A stretch of DNA of 55,925 bases from an uncultured Eubacteriales bacterium (GCA_964557845.1 CAZLBV010000033.1:1-55925), one strand, 5' to 3'. Shown: positions 17,728 through 28,162, counted from the first letter of the stretch. The notes: generated by a model not told the origin, from the letters alone. Made by a program: numbers and translations.

Positions 17728-18504
17728 ATGACTGAATTGACATTTTTAGGGACAGCAGGATTTGTTGCTACCGGAAAAAGAGATAATGTGGCTTTTGTTA
17801 TCAGTCAAGATAAAGATCTGGTTTTGGTCGATTGTCCTGGCAGTGTCTATCACAAGCTGAAAAAAGCCGGATTTGATCCTAAGGCAGTACGAGCCTTATT
17901 GGTGACTCATATCCATCCCGATCATATTTATGGGCTTCCTTCTCTTATTCACAGCCTGATGCTGGACGATTGTGAATTAGATCTCTTCGGGACAGAAACA
18001 GCTGTAAGCTTCTGCCGGAAATATCTGGATATGTTTCATTTGTTGGAAGCAAAAATAAAATGCAGAGTAAATTTCAGAGCTGTGCAAGAACAAGAGATCA
18101 TCCATCTAATGCCCTGGATCGATATTCTCTCGATGAGGATTCCTCATCATGAATCCTCCTTTGCTTATTTCATCAAATTAACAAAAGAGAATAAATTGCT
18201 GGTCTATTCAGGTGATACTCCTGAATATCCTCCTCTTTTTAAAGCCTCTGCCGGCGCGGATTACCTCATTCATGACTGCAGTTCGACTTCAAATATGTTT
18301 GCCAAATATCCTTTTTTGTACAGCACCCATACTCATTCACTAAAATTGGGGATCAGGGCGGCAGAAGCGGAAATAAAATGCCTTATTCCTTGCCATTTTT
18401 TCAGTAGAGAAGGCACCTTGGTGGAAGAGATTAAAGAGGAGATAAAGCAAAATTTCTTTGGAAAAATAATAATTCCTAGTGATCTTGATAGAATATTACT
18501 TTAA
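17728..18504 (+). CDS. MBL-fold metallo-hydrolase (RNase Z/beta-lactamase superfamily)
   Basis: HIHPDHIYG (HxHxDH) motif, with later His/Asp ligands (SGDT, HDCS, CHF). Confidence 0.8.
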   Translation: MTELTFLGTAGFVATGKRDNVAFVISQDKDLVLVDCPGSVYHKLKKAGFDPKAVRALLVTHIHPDHIYGLPSLIHSLMLDDCELDLFGTETAVSFCRKYLDMFHLLEAKIKCRVNFRAVQEQEIIHLMPWIDILSMRIPHHESSFAYFIKLTKENKLLVYSGDTPEYPPLFKASAGADYLIHDCSSTSNMFAKYPFLYSTHTHSLKLGIRAAEAEIKCLIPCHFFSREGTLVEEIKEEIKQNFFGKIIIPSDLDRILL

Positions 18505-18552
18505 GATAGGCATTTTCATGCGGATTTTAGCTTTATTTAAAGGAATGATAAT

Positions 18553-20163
18553 ATGGAAAAAGCAGATTTGATCCTTTTTAATGGAACCGTCTATACTATG
18601 AATCCTGCGAGACCAAGAGCGGCTGCCATTGCAATAAGAGACGGCCAGATCTTAACGGCCGGTGATGATCAGGAGATAATGGTTTTTAAGGGGGTGAAAT
18701 CGGAATGTATAGACCTGGGCGGCAAGGCGGTGCTTCCGGGATTCATAGATGCTCACACCCATTTTCTGGACGGTGGGATGGCGTTATCTGATGTACAGCT
18801 GCGGGGTGCCGTTGATAAAGAAGATTTTGTATCCAGGATCCAGAGCAAAACGAAAGACTTGAAGCCCGGAGAATGGATCTTGAATGGGGACTGGGATCAC
18901 CAAGGATTTATTGAACCTGAACTACCCAGAAAGGAGTGGATCGATCCTGTGACTCCGGAAAATCCGGTTTGCATTAACCGGATCGATAAACACACTTTCC
19001 TGGTAAACAGCCTTGCCCTAAAAGCAGCGGGGATAAACCGCCATACGGATTCTCCCCAGGGTGGAAAAATTGAAAAGGATATTGGGGATGGAGAACCGAC
19101 GGGAATTTTGAAGGATGCCGCCATTAATCTGGTTTCCAGGATCATACCTGAACCGGGAATTCAAGCTAAAAAGGAAGCTGCCCTCAGAGCTGTTGCTCAT
19201 GCCCACTCCTTAGGTGTGACTTCAATTCATGATATGGCCTATTCCACTGATAATTTTGATGTATATTCAGAACTTCTGCGGGCAGGAGATCTGAATATCC
19301 GGGTATATTTGTACATACCTATTGCTGCCATTAATGAATTCCGGGAAAGAGAAAGAAGCGTACCGGAAAAGAACAGAAGGTTTAAACTCGGGGGATTAAA
19401 AGCGTTTGTGGATGGTTCCCTGGGAGCATCTACTGCCTTATTTTTCGAACCTTACCTGGATAATCCTACTGAGAAAGGTATTCTGATTTCCGATATGTAT
19501 CCTGAAGGCATCATGGAAAAGAGGCTTTTCCAAGCTGACAATGAAAAACTCCAGGTTGCTGTTCATGCCATTGGTGATAGAGCCAATCATATTATTCTCG
19601 ATATTATGGAAAAAGTGATCACTGCCAATGGTCATAGGGACCGGAGGTGGCGGATAGAACATACCCAGCATATTATTCCCGATGACATTACCCGAATGGG
19701 CCGGTTAGGGATTATCGCTTCGGTTCAGCCTTATCACTCCTATGATGATGGCTGCTGGGCCCATCTTAAGATCGGCCAGGAAAGAGTACGTTGGTCCTAT
19801 CCTTTTCGATCTTTGTTGCAAGCGGGGGTTAAAATAGCCTGCGGTTCTGATTGGACGGTGGCGCCGTTAAATCCTCTTTTGGGGATCTTTTCGGCAGTAA
19901 CACGAAAAACCAGGGATGGAAAACATCCGGACGGTTGGATCCCGGAGGAAAAGATCTCTTTGGAGGAAGCTGTTAAAGGATTCACCGTAAATCCTGCTTT
20001 TGTTGAAGGCAGTGAAGATTTCAAAGGGATGATTGCACCTGGAAAAATTGCCGATATTGTGGTATTAAACCAGGATATATTCTCTATCCCTTCTAATGAG
20101 ATTGAGAATGCCGAGGTTTTCATGACTGTTTTTGAGGGACATATCGTGTACCAAAAAAAATAA
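18553..20163 (+). CDS. amidohydrolase-family protein (YtcJ-like, amidohydrolase 3)
   Basis: PGFIDAHTHF metal-binding HxH, VAVHAIGD, IEHTQH and GSDW, as in the large amidohydrolase_3 family. 536 aa. Confidence 0.85.
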   Translation: MEKADLILFNGTVYTMNPARPRAAAIAIRDGQILTAGDDQEIMVFKGVKSECIDLGGKAVLPGFIDAHTHFLDGGMALSDVQLRGAVDKEDFVSRIQSKTKDLKPGEWILNGDWDHQGFIEPELPRKEWIDPVTPENPVCINRIDKHTFLVNSLALKAAGINRHTDSPQGGKIEKDIGDGEPTGILKDAAINLVSRIIPEPGIQAKKEAALRAVAHAHSLGVTSIHDMAYSTDNFDVYSELLRAGDLNIRVYLYIPIAAINEFRERERSVPEKNRRFKLGGLKAFVDGSLGASTALFFEPYLDNPTEKGILISDMYPEGIMEKRLFQADNEKLQVAVHAIGDRANHIILDIMEKVITANGHRDRRWRIEHTQHIIPDDITRMGRLGIIASVQPYHSYDDGCWAHLKIGQERVRWSYPFRSLLQAGVKIACGSDWTVAPLNPLLGIFSAVTRKTRDGKHPDGWIPEEKISLEEAVKGFTVNPAFVEGSEDFKGMIAPGKIADIVVLNQDIFSIPSNEIENAEVFMTVFEGHIVYQKK

Positions 20164-20178
20164 TTTTATAATAAGAAA

Positions 20179-21159
20179 ATGATCTATTTACATTTCTTTC
20201 TTTTAATGATTTCTTTTGCGGTTCTGTTCAAATGTGCCGATTTTTTTGTGAGCGGAGCCTCCAATATCGCAGTTTGCCTGAACATACCTAAGATGGTGAT
20301 CGGAATAGTGCTGGTTAGTCTGGCGACTACAGCACCCGAATTCGCTGTTTCTGTTCAGGCTGCTTTTTTAAACCATCCTGAGATCGCGTTAGGAAATGCT
20401 ATCGGTTCTGTTATTTGTGATGATGGTATCGCTTTGGCTTTGGCAGCTATAATTGCTCCGGTGGCGATCGTAGTCAACTGTAAAATGCTCAAGATCGTTG
20501 GAGTCTTTTTGCTTTCCATAGACATTATCGGTTATCTGATGGCAAAAAACGGAACGGTCGGCAGATTGGAAGGAGCCTTTTTTGTTATTCTTCTGGTGGG
20601 GTATTTCTGGATCATTTTAAAATCGAAAAAAATTAGGATGATTGGTTTCAGCCAGGTTCCAGACATAAATTCCGATCCTGAATTATGTGAGCTGCCTCTA
20701 AAGCAAAGATTGAAAAAACCAGTTTTATTATTTTCTATCGGTCTGGTCGGTGTCATTTTAACCAGCCGGATCGTATTAGAGTCCTCTATCAGGATTGCTC
20801 ATCATTTTAATATTTCGGAGACAATAATAGGTTTAACGGTCATTGCTGTTGGTACCTCCTTGCCTGAGATCAGCACCTGTATCACAGCCGCTCTCAAGAG
20901 GGAAGGAGAAATTGCTGTCGGGAATATCATAGGGGCTGATATCTTGAATGTTTTGTGGATAATCGGGGTTTCCGCTATGGTTAATCCTATTACTGTCGAT
21001 AAAGAGGTCATAAACTTTAGTTTTCCCTTCATGATCCTGATTGTTGCGGTCATGCTCGGGTTGATGCGCATAGGCTGCCGGTTGGGGAAAATTAAGGGAA
21101 TAGTTCTGTTTGTCCTGTATTTGCTCTATCTATATCTTACACTCACTCTTTTTACTTAA
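20179..21159 (+). CDS. Ca2+/cation antiporter (CaCA / YrbG family)
   Basis: Two alpha-repeat regions, SLATTAPEF...GNAIGS and GTSLPEI...GNIIGA, in a protein with about 10 TM helices. Confidence 0.85.
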   Translation: MIYLHFFLLMISFAVLFKCADFFVSGASNIAVCLNIPKMVIGIVLVSLATTAPEFAVSVQAAFLNHPEIALGNAIGSVICDDGIALALAAIIAPVAIVVNCKMLKIVGVFLLSIDIIGYLMAKNGTVGRLEGAFFVILLVGYFWIILKSKKIRMIGFSQVPDINSDPELCELPLKQRLKKPVLLFSIGLVGVILTSRIVLESSIRIAHHFNISETIIGLTVIAVGTSLPEISTCITAALKREGEIAVGNIIGADILNVLWIIGVSAMVNPITVDKEVINFSFPFMILIVAVMLGLMRIGCRLGKIKGIVLFVLYLLYLYLTLTLFT

Positions 21160-21176
21160 TTTAAATAATTAGATGT

Positions 21177-21204
21177 TTGACTTATAGCTTTAATTTGATA
21201 TTAT
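21177..21204 (+). promoter_or_regulatory. candidate sigma70-type promoter for the alanine-dehydrogenase-like gene and possibly the downstream oxidoreductase cluster
   Basis: TTGACT (21177-21182), 16-nt spacer, TATTAT (21199-21204). The ORF-track start at 21177 is this -35 element, which supports the ATG at 21231 (SD ggaggt) as the true start. Confidence 0.45.
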
Positions 21205-21230
21205 GTTTTCCTTTGATTCTGGAGGTAACA

Positions 21231-22334
21231 ATGAACATTGGAGTGATAAATGAGAGTAATAAAATCGAAAATCGTGCCGGCCTTTCTCCTAGTGGTGTCT
21301 CCCTTTTGGTGGAAAAAGGTCATTCAGTCTACCTCCAAGCGGGGGCAGGATTAAAAGCTGGATATTCCAATGAAGATTATACTTCTCTTGGGGCTAATAT
21401 CGTGTTCACTAAAGAAGAAGTTTTCGGACGGTCGGATGTTGTCCTCAATATATCTCCCTTAAATTCAGAAGAATCAAGCCTGGTTAAACCAGATCAGATC
21501 TTATTTGGATTTCATCATGTGGCGGTGGCCCGCAAGAATATTGTTGAAGAACTCATGGCGAAAAAGGTGACGATGATCGGCTATGAAATTATGTCAGACG
21601 ATGACAGCTCCCTGCCTTTTATTGAGAGCCTGAGTGAGATCGCAGGTGATATGTGTCAAGTCATTGCTGGATATAACCTTCAGACTAATCTGGGCGGCCG
21701 GGGATTGGTGATAGGCGGCGTGGTCAGTGTCCCCCCTGCAACTGCAGTTGTGGTCGGCAGCGGAATCTTAGCCCGGAGTGCGATCAAGACCATGCTGCTT
21801 GCCGGGGCCCACACCATTGCTCTAGGGCATAATATAGATGGCTTGCGCAGAATAGAGGAGATTACCGCAGGCAGGGCGGTGACTCTTATGGCCAGTAATT
21901 ACAATTTAGCTCGCATGACCAAAATAGCGGATATTCTCATAGGTGCAGTATTAAAACCCGGTGAGAGAGCTCCTGTCATGATCACGCGCAAAATGGTAAA
22001 AACAATGAAGAAAGGGTCGATTATAATCGATCTTTCCATTGACCAAGGAGGTTGTATAGAGACCAGCCGTCCGACGACCTTAGAGAATCCAACTTTTGTG
22101 GATGAAGGTGTTATTCATTATTGTGTTCCCAATATAACCTCGGCTGTAAGCCGGACTTCTACCAAGGTTCTATCCAATCTGGTCGTTCCTTATCTCATTG
22201 AAATGGGAGAAATAGGTGTAGCTGAGGCGTTAAAGGCTAATTCGATATTGGCCAGAGGGCTCTATATTTATAAAGGTGATCTGGTTAAGAAAAATATTGC
22301 AGAAAGATTTGGATTAAATTATAAAGCAATCTAA
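21231..22334 (+). CDS. alanine dehydrogenase / PNT-alpha family NAD(H)-binding protein
   Basis: MNIGVINESNKIENRAGLSPSGVSLLVEKGHSVYLQAGAGLKAGYSNEDY parallels the Ald N-terminus (IGVPKEIK..E.RVALTP.GV..L...GH.V.VE.GAG). A Rossmann segment VVVGSGILA is present. Confidence 0.8.
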   Translation: MNIGVINESNKIENRAGLSPSGVSLLVEKGHSVYLQAGAGLKAGYSNEDYTSLGANIVFTKEEVFGRSDVVLNISPLNSEESSLVKPDQILFGFHHVAVARKNIVEELMAKKVTMIGYEIMSDDDSSLPFIESLSEIAGDMCQVIAGYNLQTNLGGRGLVIGGVVSVPPATAVVVGSGILARSAIKTMLLAGAHTIALGHNIDGLRRIEEITAGRAVTLMASNYNLARMTKIADILIGAVLKPGERAPVMITRKMVKTMKKGSIIIDLSIDQGGCIETSRPTTLENPTFVDEGVIHYCVPNITSAVSRTSTKVLSNLVVPYLIEMGEIGVAEALKANSILARGLYIYKGDLVKKNIAERFGLNYKAI

Positions 22335-22350
22335 TAATTAATAGGTTCAA

Positions 22351-22818
22351 ATGGATAAGACAGAATACAAAAAAGCTATCAGTCAATTCGGGAATAAACA
22401 AAAGGAACTCATTCACATCTTACACAAAGTGCAGAGTGAGTTTGGCTATATTCCTCCCGAGGCAATTAATGTTGTAGCCAAGCACCTACGGATCTCGGAA
22501 AGTGAGATTTATGGAGTACTTACATTCTATAAAGCTTTCAGCCTTGAACCTCGCGGAGAACATCTTATTACTATCTGTATGGGAACCGCCTGTCATGTCA
22601 GGGGAGCTCCCAGGATCCTGGATGAGTTCAGCCGCCGTTTGGGCATTAATGCCGGAGAAACAACCGCGGATAATAAATTCACTCTGGAAACAGTTAATTG
22701 TGTAGGGGCTTGTGCCTTAGGTCCAATTGCCATTACAGACGGTGAATATCATGGACAAATGAAAACCAGTGATGTTGAGAAACTCATAGAAGCAATAAAA
22801 ACCGAAGAAAGGGATTAG
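22351..22818 (+). CDS. NuoE/HydC-like thioredoxin-fold [2Fe-2S] subunit
   Basis: ICMGTACHVRG ... VNCVGACALGP gives the four-Cys pattern of NuoE/HndA. 155 aa. Confidence 0.9.
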   Translation: MDKTEYKKAISQFGNKQKELIHILHKVQSEFGYIPPEAINVVAKHLRISESEIYGVLTFYKAFSLEPRGEHLITICMGTACHVRGAPRILDEFSRRLGINAGETTADNKFTLETVNCVGACALGPIAITDGEYHGQMKTSDVEKLIEAIKTEERD

Positions 22819-22826
22819 GTCGGTAA

Positions 22827-24740
22827 ATGGAAAAAAACAAGATCAAGAAATTAGAGGAATTAAGAGCTGAGATTTCCGAATCCAGAAAACAGGAAAAGAC
22901 TACGGTTACTATTTGTGCTGGAACCGGCTGCCATGCTTATGGTTGCATGAATATCTCCGCGGCCTTTAAGGAGTCCATCAAAAGACAGAACCTTCAGGAA
23001 AAAGTTGATGTCAGGACTACCGGATGCCACGGATTTTGTGAGCGGGGCCCCATTGTAGTCATCCAACCTGAGGGTATTTTTTATCAGAGAGTCAAACTAA
23101 ATGATGTTGAAGAAATTATCTCGGAGACTGTTCTCAACAATAACGTGATCGACCGGCTGCTGTACGAAGATCCCAAAACCGAAACTAAGATCATAAAGGA
23201 AAAAGATGTTCCCTTTTATAAAAAACAAAAACGGATCGTCTTTGAGAATAACGGATTCATCGATCCTACCGAGATCAAAGATTATATTGCTTTAGGGGGA
23301 TATGAAGCTTTGTCCAAAGCTCTTTTTGAAATGACCTCGGAAGAGGTGATCGAAGAGATTAAGAAATCCGGACTGAGAGGAAGGGGAGGAGCCGGATTTT
23401 TAACTGGAGTTAAATGGGAGATCTGCCGGTCCTACTCTTCTCTGGTTAGGTACATTATATGCAATGCTGATGAAGGGGACCCCGGGGCCTATATGGACAG
23501 AAGCCTTTTGGAGGGAAATCCCCATAGTGTGATCGAAGGAATGATCATCGGAGCCTATGCTATTGGGGCAACAGAGGGATATATTTATGTGAGAATGGAA
23601 TATCCTCTGGCGGTGGAAAACGTCACCATCGCAATAAAACAGGCTGAGGATTTGGGATTATTAGGAGATTCTATTCTTGATTCCGAGTTCAATTTTAAGA
23701 TTCATATTTTTAAAGGTGCGGGAGCCTTTGTTTCCGGAGAGGAAACCTCCTTGATCGCTTCTATTGAAGGAAGGAGAGCCTTTCCGACCCAAAAACCTCC
23801 TTTTCCAGCCCAAAAGGGCTTGTGGGGGAAACCGACCAACATAAACAATGTTGAAACTTGGTCCAATGTCCCTCAGATCATAAGTAAGGGGGCTGATTGG
23901 TTTTCAGATATCGGGACAAAAACCAGTAAAGGAACCAAGATTTTCTCTCTGGTAGGAAAAATAAACAATACCGGATTGGTGGAAGTTCCCATGGGAATTA
24001 CACTAAGAGAGATCATTTATGAAATAGGTGGTGGGATCAAGGATGGAAAAAAGTTTAAGGCTGTCCAGACAGGAGGGCCATCTGGGGGTTGTATTCCTGC
24101 ATCCATGCTGGATCTTCCCATTGACTTTGATACTTTGAAAAAAGCAGGATCCATGATGGGTTCAGGAGGGATGATCGTCATGGATGAGGATACCTGCATG
24201 GTAGATGTTGCCCGCTACTTTCTTAATTTTACTCAAGAAGAATCCTGTGGAAAGTGTGTTCCCTGCCGGGTCGGCACTAAACAGCTGGTGAATATTCTCA
24301 CTCGGATCACACAGGGAGAAGGCGAGGAAGAAGATATTCAAAGATTAAAGGATTTAGCCGAAACCATTAAAGCCGGTTCTTTATGCGGCTTAGGCCAGAC
24401 AGCCCCCAATCCGGTGCTTACTACTCTGCAATACTTTCAAGATGAATATGAGGCTCACATTAAAGAAGGCAGCTGCCCCGCTCTTTCCTGTAAAGATTTG
24501 ATCTGTTATTACATCGACCCGGATAAGTGTGTCGGCTGTCTCCTTTGTAAGAAAAACTGTCCGGTTAATGCCATCAGCGGAGAACGTAAAGAGGTTCATG
24601 TGATCGATCAGTCCCTGTGTATCAAATGCGGGGTTTGTATGGATGTCTGTCCGCCCAAGGTTTCGGCGGTTTCTAAATATACTGGAAACAAGAGAAAGGA
24701 AATACTAAAACAAGCCTCCGCGAAAAGAGATGGAAAATGA
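22827..24740 (+). CDS. NuoF/HydB-like NAD(H)- and FMN-binding FeS subunit with N-terminal [2Fe-2S] and C-terminal 2x[4Fe-4S] domains
   Basis: GLRGRGGAGFLTGVKW (FMN/NADH site), ESCGKCVPCRVG (N3 cluster), N-terminal CAGTGCH...TGCHGFCERGP, and C-terminal CVGCLLCKKNCP / CIKCGVCMDVCP. Confidence 0.9.
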   Translation: MEKNKIKKLEELRAEISESRKQEKTTVTICAGTGCHAYGCMNISAAFKESIKRQNLQEKVDVRTTGCHGFCERGPIVVIQPEGIFYQRVKLNDVEEIISETVLNNNVIDRLLYEDPKTETKIIKEKDVPFYKKQKRIVFENNGFIDPTEIKDYIALGGYEALSKALFEMTSEEVIEEIKKSGLRGRGGAGFLTGVKWEICRSYSSLVRYIICNADEGDPGAYMDRSLLEGNPHSVIEGMIIGAYAIGATEGYIYVRMEYPLAVENVTIAIKQAEDLGLLGDSILDSEFNFKIHIFKGAGAFVSGEETSLIASIEGRRAFPTQKPPFPAQKGLWGKPTNINNVETWSNVPQIISKGADWFSDIGTKTSKGTKIFSLVGKINNTGLVEVPMGITLREIIYEIGGGIKDGKKFKAVQTGGPSGGCIPASMLDLPIDFDTLKKAGSMMGSGGMIVMDEDTCMVDVARYFLNFTQEESCGKCVPCRVGTKQLVNILTRITQGEGEEEDIQRLKDLAETIKAGSLCGLGQTAPNPVLTTLQYFQDEYEAHIKEGSCPALSCKDLICYYIDPDKCVGCLLCKKNCPVNAISGERKEVHVIDQSLCIKCGVCMDVCPPKVSAVSKYTGNKRKEILKQASAKRDGK

Positions 24741-27304
24741 GATTAAATCTAAATGGAAAGCAAGTTGAATTTGAAGGGAAAAAGACAATTCTGGAAGTCG
24801 CGCGAGAAAATGGTGTTTTTATCCCATCATTGTGTGATTATCCTGAACTTACCCCCTTTTCCGGCTGCCGGTTGTGTCTTGTGGAGATCAAAGGAAAAAA
24901 AGGCTATCTTCCGGCTTGCAGCATTTATTCTGAAGAAGGCATGGACATTAAGACAGATTCCCCTCAGCTTAAAAAACTGCGCCGGAATATCCTTGAACTG
25001 ATTTTAATTGAGCACCCTCATGCATGTTTGATCTGTTCTGAAAAAGACTATTGCGATGAATATAAGTCTACCATTAGAAAAGTTGGCGAACCCACAGGAT
25101 GTGTATTATGTTCCAACAATGGTCGCTGCGAATTACAGGATGTGGTAAAAGCGATCGGTATAGATAAAGTCAATTTTCCTGCAGTCTATCGGAATTTAGA
25201 GGTTAAGAAGAGTGATCCTTTTTTTGATCGCAATTACAATCTCTGCATTCTTTGCGGTCGATGTGTACGTGTCTGTCATGCTGTTAGAGGGACTTCCGTG
25301 CTTACCTTTGTTTCCAGGGGCCCTCAGGAAGTGGTAGGAACCGTTCTGGATAAATCTTTAATAGAAACTGGCTGCCAATTCTGCGGGGCCTGTGTTGATG
25401 TCTGCCCGACCGGCGCTTTGACCGAACGGGCGATTAAATATGATCGCCTGCCGGATGAGAAAATGAAAATAATCTGTCCTTTTTGTGGTGTGGGCTGCAA
25501 GATCGAACTGTCATTAAGTCAGGGACAGATAATTGGCTCTCAGCCTGATAAAGACGGCCCGGTCAATCATGGGCAGTCATGTGTAAGGGGCCGTTTTGCG
25601 GTAAGAGATACGGTTTATAGCGAGCAGAGATTAACATCTCCGATGATAAGAAAAAATGGTAGTCTTGAGAAAGTCGATTGGGATGAAGCCCTGAGTTTTG
25701 TTGCGGATAAACTTAAGTCATTGAAAGGGGAAAAAACAGGAGTTGTTTTATCCGCTCAGTCAACGTGTGAAGATTATTATTGTATGGAAAAGTTTGCTTC
25801 AGAAGTATTAAAGACAAATAATATTGTTGAAGCAGCCGGTTCAGACCCAGGCTGTATCTGGCAAAAATTTGCCTCTGCTCAAGGAATAGACCCTTCTCTA
25901 AATTTTAATCTTCGGGATATATCCAAAGCCAAGGTCATCTTTTTAAACAGTGGGGATATCGCGGTTTCCCATCCCGTCTTATGGGTTGAAATTTTTAAAT
26001 CCTTAAGAAAGGGAGCACAGCTGATTGTCGCTGGTCCGCTTGATTCATTCATAGACAGTTATTCTGCGTGTCGATTGAAGACAAAGCCCGGTGCTGAGGC
26101 TTATTTGTATCATTTTCTTGGAAGGATTTTATTGGATAGAGAAGAAAGGAAGAATGAAGGATCGGATTTAAATATTGAAACAGTTTCAAAGGTTCTGGAA
26201 GGCTTGGATATGTCTCAAGTAGAAAATATAACCGGAATAGACCCAAAAGATCTCTTGAAGGCCGGAGAACTGCTTTTAGAAGGAGAGCCATCTGTTATTT
26301 TTCTGGGAAGTGAAATAGTCAATAGCGAAGAAATGGACTCCTTGCTCGCGGGATGCTGGAATCTTGCTCTGCTTTCAAGATCCCGTATGATCCCGCTCAG
26401 CCTGTTTAGCAACCAGAGAGGTATTGATGCGGTTAGACATATTCCCCCTGAGGGCAGGCCAGACCTCAAAAAGTTATTACAGATTATATCCGATAGAGAG
26501 ATTCAGGCTCTTTATATAAATGGTCCAATTCCTCTTCCGGATAAGATTGAACTCCCATTTTTAATCGTCCAAGACAGTCATTGGACACCGATCATGGATA
26601 AAGCCGACGCTGTTCTTCCTGCCGTGACATTTGCGGAAACTGAGGGTACCTTTGTAAACATGGAAGGAAGGATCCAGTATTTTCCAAAATCTATCCCACC
26701 TTTGGAAGAATCGAAACCTGATTGGTGGATAGTCAGCGAGATATCTTCCAGATTGAAAAAAGATAAACTTAACTATAAGAAAGCATCGGATATAACCTCT
26801 GAGCTGTTAAAATCAAATAAGGCTTTTCAAAAAGTCAGTTATAAAGGAATGCTTAACGGAGATGAATTCTTTATTGTAGAACAGGGAAATGGAGGGGATA
26901 AGAATAAATATATCGGAATTTTTCCCTCTAATGAGATAAAAAAGATTAAAGGAAAAGATCATTTCCACTTATATGTGGTTCCAACTTCTGATAACTATAA
27001 AAATTTTCTTCTGGGAAAGGAAATCCCCGGATTTGGTCTTATAAGAAATCCTGAATGGATTATGATAAATCCTGAAAAGGCAGGAAAGGCCGGATTTTCC
27101 GAAGGTGAAAAAGTAACACTAATATCTGATTCAGGAGCATTCACAGGAAGGCTCAAGTATTCTGATTATATCCCAGAGGAAATCCTGGTATCCTATTATT
27201 TATGGTTTAAGGAAGGTGGTTTAGTTGATGCGGCCAATATCTCTATTTTGGAGGAGAAAACTGCATCCGGATTAATTCCTGTTAAAATTGAAAGAGGAAA
27301 CTAA
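24737..27304 (+). CDS. NuoG / formate-dehydrogenase-alpha-like FeS subunit with molybdopterin-oxidoreductase-fold domain lacking the canonical Sec/Cys-His active site
   Basis: N-terminal [2Fe-2S] (C..C..C), HPHACLIC...C cluster, CILCGRCVRVC and CQFCGACVDVCP ferredoxin motifs, then CPFCGVGCKIEL...SCVRGRF (the Mo-enzyme 4Fe-4S). The start overlaps the nuoF-like stop (ATGA at 24737-24740). Confidence 0.85.
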   Translation: MRLNLNGKQVEFEGKKTILEVARENGVFIPSLCDYPELTPFSGCRLCLVEIKGKKGYLPACSIYSEEGMDIKTDSPQLKKLRRNILELILIEHPHACLICSEKDYCDEYKSTIRKVGEPTGCVLCSNNGRCELQDVVKAIGIDKVNFPAVYRNLEVKKSDPFFDRNYNLCILCGRCVRVCHAVRGTSVLTFVSRGPQEVVGTVLDKSLIETGCQFCGACVDVCPTGALTERAIKYDRLPDEKMKIICPFCGVGCKIELSLSQGQIIGSQPDKDGPVNHGQSCVRGRFAVRDTVYSEQRLTSPMIRKNGSLEKVDWDEALSFVADKLKSLKGEKTGVVLSAQSTCEDYYCMEKFASEVLKTNNIVEAAGSDPGCIWQKFASAQGIDPSLNFNLRDISKAKVIFLNSGDIAVSHPVLWVEIFKSLRKGAQLIVAGPLDSFIDSYSACRLKTKPGAEAYLYHFLGRILLDREERKNEGSDLNIETVSKVLEGLDMSQVENITGIDPKDLLKAGELLLEGEPSVIFLGSEIVNSEEMDSLLAGCWNLALLSRSRMIPLSLFSNQRGIDAVRHIPPEGRPDLKKLLQIISDREIQALYINGPIPLPDKIELPFLIVQDSHWTPIMDKADAVLPAVTFAETEGTFVNMEGRIQYFPKSIPPLEESKPDWWIVSEISSRLKKDKLNYKKASDITSELLKSNKAFQKVSYKGMLNGDEFFIVEQGNGGDKNKYIGIFPSNEIKKIKGKDHFHLYVVPTSDNYKNFLLGKEIPGFGLIRNPEWIMINPEKAGKAGFSEGEKVTLISDSGAFTGRLKYSDYIPEEILVSYYLWFKEGGLVDAANISILEEKTASGLIPVKIERGN

Positions 27305-28134
27305 TGGCAAAAATACTGCAGAGAGAACGATTGGTCCCAAATCTTCATCTGATTGAAATAGAGGCTCCTGAGATCGCAAGGAAATGCAAGCCGGGGCAAT
27401 TTGTGATTATCATGCCGGATGAATTCGGTGAAAGGATCCCTTTAACCATCGCTGACTGGAATGAAGAAAAAGGTTCCGTAACATCGGTTTTTTTAGTTGT
27501 GGGCACATCCACCCATAAGCTGTCACAGATGAAAGCAGGAGATGAACTCCCTGTTTTTGTGGGGCCATTGGGTATGCCGTCAAAGATAGAAAATTACGGA
27601 ACGGTTCTCTGCGTGGGAGGGTGTTTTGGAATTGGTGCTATTTATCCGGTAGCCCGGGCTTTGAAAGCAGCCGGAAATAAAGTACTCACTTTGATGGATG
27701 TTAAAGCGAACTATCTGGTTTATTGGGAAGATAAACTAAAAGCAGTTAGTGACCATTTATATGTTTCTTCCCGTGATAATTATTTCGACTGCAAAGACTA
27801 CATTCCAAAAGTCATGCAGAGCATATTAAAAGAAAACAGTATCGACCGGGTTTTCTCTATCGGATGTACTTATCTGATCTACTGCTGTGCTGAAGCCACA
27901 CGGCCTCAAGGGATAAAAACGACCGTGAGCTTGAATCCGATCATGGTAGATGGAACCGGAATGTGCGGAGCCTGCCGGGTAACGGTTGGAGGCAAGACCA
28001 AATTCGCTTGTGTGGATGGCCCGGATTTTGACGGCCATGAAGTAGATTGGGATGAGCTTTTTTCAAGGAGAAAATCCTATTTTGATGATGAAATTCAGTC
28101 TTTATGCTATTGGGAGAGAAAGAGTTTTCCATAA
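27304..28134 (+). CDS. NfnA / SudB-like FAD and [2Fe-2S] ferredoxin-NADP reductase-type subunit
   Basis: FNR-like fold (KPGQFVIIMP...RIPLTIAD) and C-terminal GTGMCGACRV...FACVDGP cluster. The start overlaps the preceding stop (TAATG at 27302-27306). Confidence 0.85.
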   Translation: MAKILQRERLVPNLHLIEIEAPEIARKCKPGQFVIIMPDEFGERIPLTIADWNEEKGSVTSVFLVVGTSTHKLSQMKAGDELPVFVGPLGMPSKIENYGTVLCVGGCFGIGAIYPVARALKAAGNKVLTLMDVKANYLVYWEDKLKAVSDHLYVSSRDNYFDCKDYIPKVMQSILKENSIDRVFSIGCTYLIYCCAEATRPQGIKTTVSLNPIMVDGTGMCGACRVTVGGKTKFACVDGPDFDGHEVDWDELFSRRKSYFDDEIQSLCYWERKSFP

Positions 28135-28162
28135 GAGCATAGGATAGGAAAGAGTGTAAAAG

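Noticed and set aside
24737-27304. Selenocysteine-containing formate dehydrogenase (in-frame TGA plus SECIS).
   Set aside because: The ORF is uninterrupted with no internal TGA, and the residue aligned with Sec/Cys is Asp. There is no evidence for recoding.
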